Source: Candidatus Tenderia sp. (lineage in GTDB: Bacteria > Pseudomonadota > Gammaproteobacteria > Tenderiales > Tenderiaceae). From it: DNA of 22,393 bases. Positions within the stretch are counted from its first letter, which is position 1, and every line of letters starts with the position of its first letter. Below are positions 19,427 to 22,393 of this stretch, in pieces. Under the pieces are notes generated by a model. The model ran no database searches. It had not been told where the DNA came from and worked only from the letters and a program-made list of their open reading frames with translations. A program made the position numbers and the translations under genes. The DNA is taken from positions 1-22,393 of the forward strand of contig JANOSY010000078.1 of assembly GCA_031416075.1 (NCBI GenBank), given 5' to 3'.

Positions 19427-20251
19427 TTACTTACGACGACGGACAATCATATTGTCAGTCCGCTTGTTATTCCTAGTCTTATACCCTTTGGTCGGGACAC
19501 CCCATGGCGACACAGGATGACGACCCGCTGAGGTGCGCCCTTCACCACCACCATGAGGATGGTCAACCGGGTTCATGGCAACGCCACGAACAGTAGGTCT
19601 AATACCCCTCCAGCGATTTGCTCCGGCCTTACCCAGCACACGCAGAGCATGCTCTGAGTTACACACTTCACCTATAGTTGCACGGCAATCAGCCAACACT
19701 TTCCGCATCTCACCTGAGCGCAAACGCAAAGTGGCGTGCGCACCCTCTTTAGCAATCAGCTGAACAGAGGTACCCGCACTACGAGCAATCTGAGCCCCCT
19801 TACCAGAGCGCATCTCAACACAATGAACTGTAGACCCAAGAGGAACATTACGCAGCGGCATGCAACTACCCGGCTTGATAGGAGCATCTGGACCAGAAAC
19901 AATATCGCTTCCAGCAGATATTCCCTTGGGCGCAATTATATACCTACGCTCACCATCTGCATATAGCACAAGTGCAATATGTGCACTACGATTTGGATCA
20001 TACTCAATGCGCTCAACGCGACCAAGAATCCCGTCTTTGTCAAAACGCTTGAAATCAATGACCCGATAGTGCTGCTTATGACCGCCGCCACGACGACGAA
20101 CAGTAATGCGGCCATTATTATTACGACCGGAAGACCTGATCTTTTTTTCTAGCAGCGGCGCATACGGCTCACCCTTATGCAGGCCCGGCGTCACAACCTT
20201 AACAACAAAGCGGCGGCCCGCTGAAGTCGGTTTTGTTTTTACTAATGCCAT
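19427..20251 (-). CDS. rplB: 50S ribosomal protein L2
   Basis: [25 protein letters not shown]. Confidence 0.99.
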   Translation of the reverse strand: MALVKTKPTSAGRRFVVKVVTPGLHKGEPYAPLLEKKIRSSGRNNNGRITVRRRGGGHKQHYRVIDFKRFDKDGILGRVERIEYDPNRSAHIALVLYADGERRYIIAPKGISAGSDIVSGPDAPIKPGSCMPLRNVPLGSTVHCVEMRSGKGAQIARSAGTSVQLIAKEGAHATLRLRSGEMRKVLADCRATIGEVCNSEHALRVLGKAGANRWRGIRPTVRGVAMNPVDHPHGGGEGRTSAGRHPVSPWGVPTKGYKTRNNKRTDNMIVRRRK

Positions 20252-20284
20252 GACTCTAAAATCCTTTACTTATTCAGCAAATAC

Positions 20285-20581
20285 TTACTGCGGGCCCATA
20301 AAATCAAGATCCTGACCAGCCTGCAGCTTCACATAAGCCTTTTTCCAGCTGCCACGACGACCGGCAATCTGACCAAAACGCTTGCGCTTACCTTTGACAT
20401 TAGCTACCTGCACAGAATCAACTTTAACCTCGAGCATCATCTCTACAGCTTGCTTGATCTCATTCTTGTTTGCATCAGGCAGTACCTTGAATACAAACTG
20501 ATTATTCGCATCAGCTACCGTCGTCGCCTTTTCAGAAATATGCGGCCCCAGCAGGACCTTCATCAAACGTTCGTGGCTCAT
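20285..20581 (-). CDS. rplW: 50S ribosomal protein L23
   Basis: [24 protein letters not shown]. Confidence 0.98.
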   Translation of the reverse strand: MSHERLMKVLLGPHISEKATTVADANNQFVFKVLPDANKNEIKQAVEMMLEVKVDSVQVANVKGKRKRFGQIAGRRGSWKKAYVKLQAGQDLDFMGPQ

Positions 20582-21198
20582 GCAAACATCTCCTCAACCT
20601 GCTTCACCGCAGCGGATGTCATCAAAATCTTCTCATGCTTAACCAGTCTAACCGGATCAAGATGACGAGCTTCAACAACCTCAACGTAAGGTATGTTACG
20701 TGCAGCCAGGCTCAAAGCAGAGTCCACAGCATCCGTAACTAACAATACACTCTTCAAACCCATCGCATCTAACTTGGCGGTCAACTCTTTGGTTTTAGGT
20801 GCGGAAACACCGAATTCCTCAGCCACAACCAAACGATCCTGCCTTAACAGCTCAGACAATATGGAGCGCATCGCACCACGATACATCTTTTTATTCACCT
20901 TCTGTGAATGGTCTTGAGGCACCGCAGCAAACGTTTTACCACCAGTACGCCACAAAGGGCTGCGAATTGTACCAGCTCTTGCGCGTCCTGTCCCCTTTTG
21001 TCTCCAAGGTTTAATACCTCCACCACGAACATCGGAGCGACTTTTGTGCGCGCGCGTTCCCGCACGGGCAGCAGACATATAAGCCGTCACTACCTGATGA
21101 ACAAGAGCCTCATTAAACTCTTTACCAAAAGTAAGTTCGGAGAGTTCAACACTCTTTGCCGATGACTCACCTGTATTTGTAACCATTTTCAGTTCCAT
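20578..21198 (-). CDS. rplD: 50S ribosomal protein L4
   Basis: [20 protein letters not shown]; ATG 21198, with GGAG 8 nt upstream. Confidence 0.98.
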   Translation of the reverse strand: MELKMVTNTGESSAKSVELSELTFGKEFNEALVHQVVTAYMSAARAGTRAHKSRSDVRGGGIKPWRQKGTGRARAGTIRSPLWRTGGKTFAAVPQDHSQKVNKKMYRGAMRSILSELLRQDRLVVAEEFGVSAPKTKELTAKLDAMGLKSVLLVTDAVDSALSLAARNIPYVEVVEARHLDPVRLVKHEKILMTSAAVKQVEEMFA

Positions 21199-21210
21199 CA
21201 CTCTTGCTCC

Positions 21211-21855
21211 TTACCCGCGCGCCTTGACAGAAGGACGGATAATAACATCGCCTCCCTTTGCGCCGGGGACCGCACCTTTAACCAGCAGAAGGTTGCGCTC
21301 AGCATCCACACGCACCACTTCAAGATTTTGAATCGTGCAGCGCACATCGCCTAAATGTCCAGACATGCGCTTGCCCTTAAATACACGGCCAGGCGTTTGA
21401 TTCTGACCGATAGACCCTGGAGCACGATGCGAGACAGAGTTACCATGAGTAGCATCCTGCGTACGGAAATTGTGACGCTTGACGGCACCCGCATAACCTT
21501 TACCAATACTGCGACCGACCACATCAATCTTCTGGCCAACCACAAATATGTCAACTTTGACTTCGCCACCAATGGCAATATCACTGCCTTCACCATCTTC
21601 CAGACGGAACTCCCACATGCCGCGACCAGCAACTACGCCAGCCTTGGCAAACTGGCCAGCAGCGGACTTGTTGACGCGATTAGCACGACGTTCGCCCACG
21701 GTTACCTGATAGGCACTGTAACCATCGCGGTCAACATTGCGAATTTCGGTAACACGATTCGGCTCAACCTCAATCACTGTTACTGGAATTGAGTCTCCCG
21801 CTTCCGTAAAGACACGGGTCATACCAGCTTTACGACCAACAACACCAATTGCCAT
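21211..21855 (-). CDS. rplC: 50S ribosomal protein L3
   Basis: [26 protein letters not shown]. Confidence 0.99.
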   Translation of the reverse strand: MAIGVVGRKAGMTRVFTEAGDSIPVTVIEVEPNRVTEIRNVDRDGYSAYQVTVGERRANRVNKSAAGQFAKAGVVAGRGMWEFRLEDGEGSDIAIGGEVKVDIFVVGQKIDVVGRSIGKGYAGAVKRHNFRTQDATHGNSVSHRAPGSIGQNQTPGRVFKGKRMSGHLGDVRCTIQNLEVVRVDAERNLLLVKGAVPGAKGGDVIIRPSVKARG

Positions 21856-21914
21856 TTCTAAACTCCTAGCCTTTCAGCTAACCAAGGCGACAGCAACGTC
21901 GCACATGGTCACGT

Positions 21915-22229
21915 TTAAGTTAATTTGATCTGAACATCCACGCCAGCAGCCAAATCCAGCTTCATTAGCGCATCAACCGTCTTATCAGTAGGATCAACAA
22001 TATCCATAATGCGTTTATGGGTACGAATTTCATACTGATCGCGCGCATCTTTATTAACATGCGGAGAGATCAACACAGTAAAGCGCTCTTTCTTGGTCGG
22101 CAAAGGAATGGGGCCCTTTACCTGAGCACCCGTACGTTTTGCTGTTTCAACAATTTCACGTGCCGACTGATCAATCAAACGATGATCAAATGCCTTCAAG
22201 CGAATTCGGATTCTTTGATTCGTAGCCAT
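21915..22229 (-). CDS. rpsJ: 30S ribosomal protein S10
   Basis: [27 protein letters not shown]. Confidence 0.99.
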   Translation of the reverse strand: MATNQRIRIRLKAFDHRLIDQSAREIVETAKRTGAQVKGPIPLPTKKERFTVLISPHVNKDARDQYEIRTHKRIMDIVDPTDKTVDALMKLDLAAGVDVQIKLT

Positions 22230-22236
22230 ATCACCC

Positions 22237-22393
22237 TTACTCTATAACTTTAGAAACGACACCGGCGCCGACGGTGCGACCACCTTCACGAATCGCAAAA
22301 CGCAATCCACTTTCCATCGCAATCGGCGCGATCAGACTGACGGTCATGGCGATGTTGTCGCCTGGCATGACCATTTCAACCCCTTCCGGCAGA
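22237..22393 (-). CDS. tuf: Elongation factor Tu, 3' end (partial; absent from the ORF track)
   Basis: Hand translation [51 protein letters not shown]. Confidence 0.98.
   Translation of the reverse strand, partial: LPEGVEMVMPGDNIAMTVSLIAPIAMESGLRFAIREGGRTVGAGVVSKVIE

Noticed and set aside
13640-22229. Resistance-type changes in the S5, L22, L4 and S10 loops
   Set aside because: Loops read as wild type ([29 protein letters not shown]).
1-22393. CRISPR arrays, IS elements, integrases, tRNA/rRNA genes or defence systems
   Set aside because: No regularly spaced repeats, transposase or integrase motifs, or RNA-gene signatures seen; almost all sequence is explained by core genes.

Overview
Core-genome window from a Gammaproteobacterium. 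Left part (1-8.4 kb): a stand-alone PilZ protein divergent from an EEP-family nuclease/phosphatase, a small lipoprotein, the conserved dapA-[bamC/nlpB slot]-MBL hydrolase-purC operon (minus), the divergent gcvR-bcp-PIN/PhoH operon (plus) and a convergent 119-aa hypothetical gene. Right part (8.4-22.4 kb, all minus): the 3' end of tuf, then the complete S10, spc and alpha ribosomal-protein clusters ending in rplQ and its terminator. rpmJ and the tuf fragment are missing from the supplied ORF track and were translated by hand. I see no mobile element, CRISPR array, tRNA/rRNA or defence island, and no convincing large novel system. The most interesting observations are modest: a 91-aa 'mini-BamC' in the bamC position, a four-cysteine (C+) S4, no room for an S10 leader together with two similarly built structured spacers (rpsJ-rplC, rpsN-rpsH) that could be autoregulatory RNA elements, and a possible DUF2281-like protein next to the PIN-PhoH gene.
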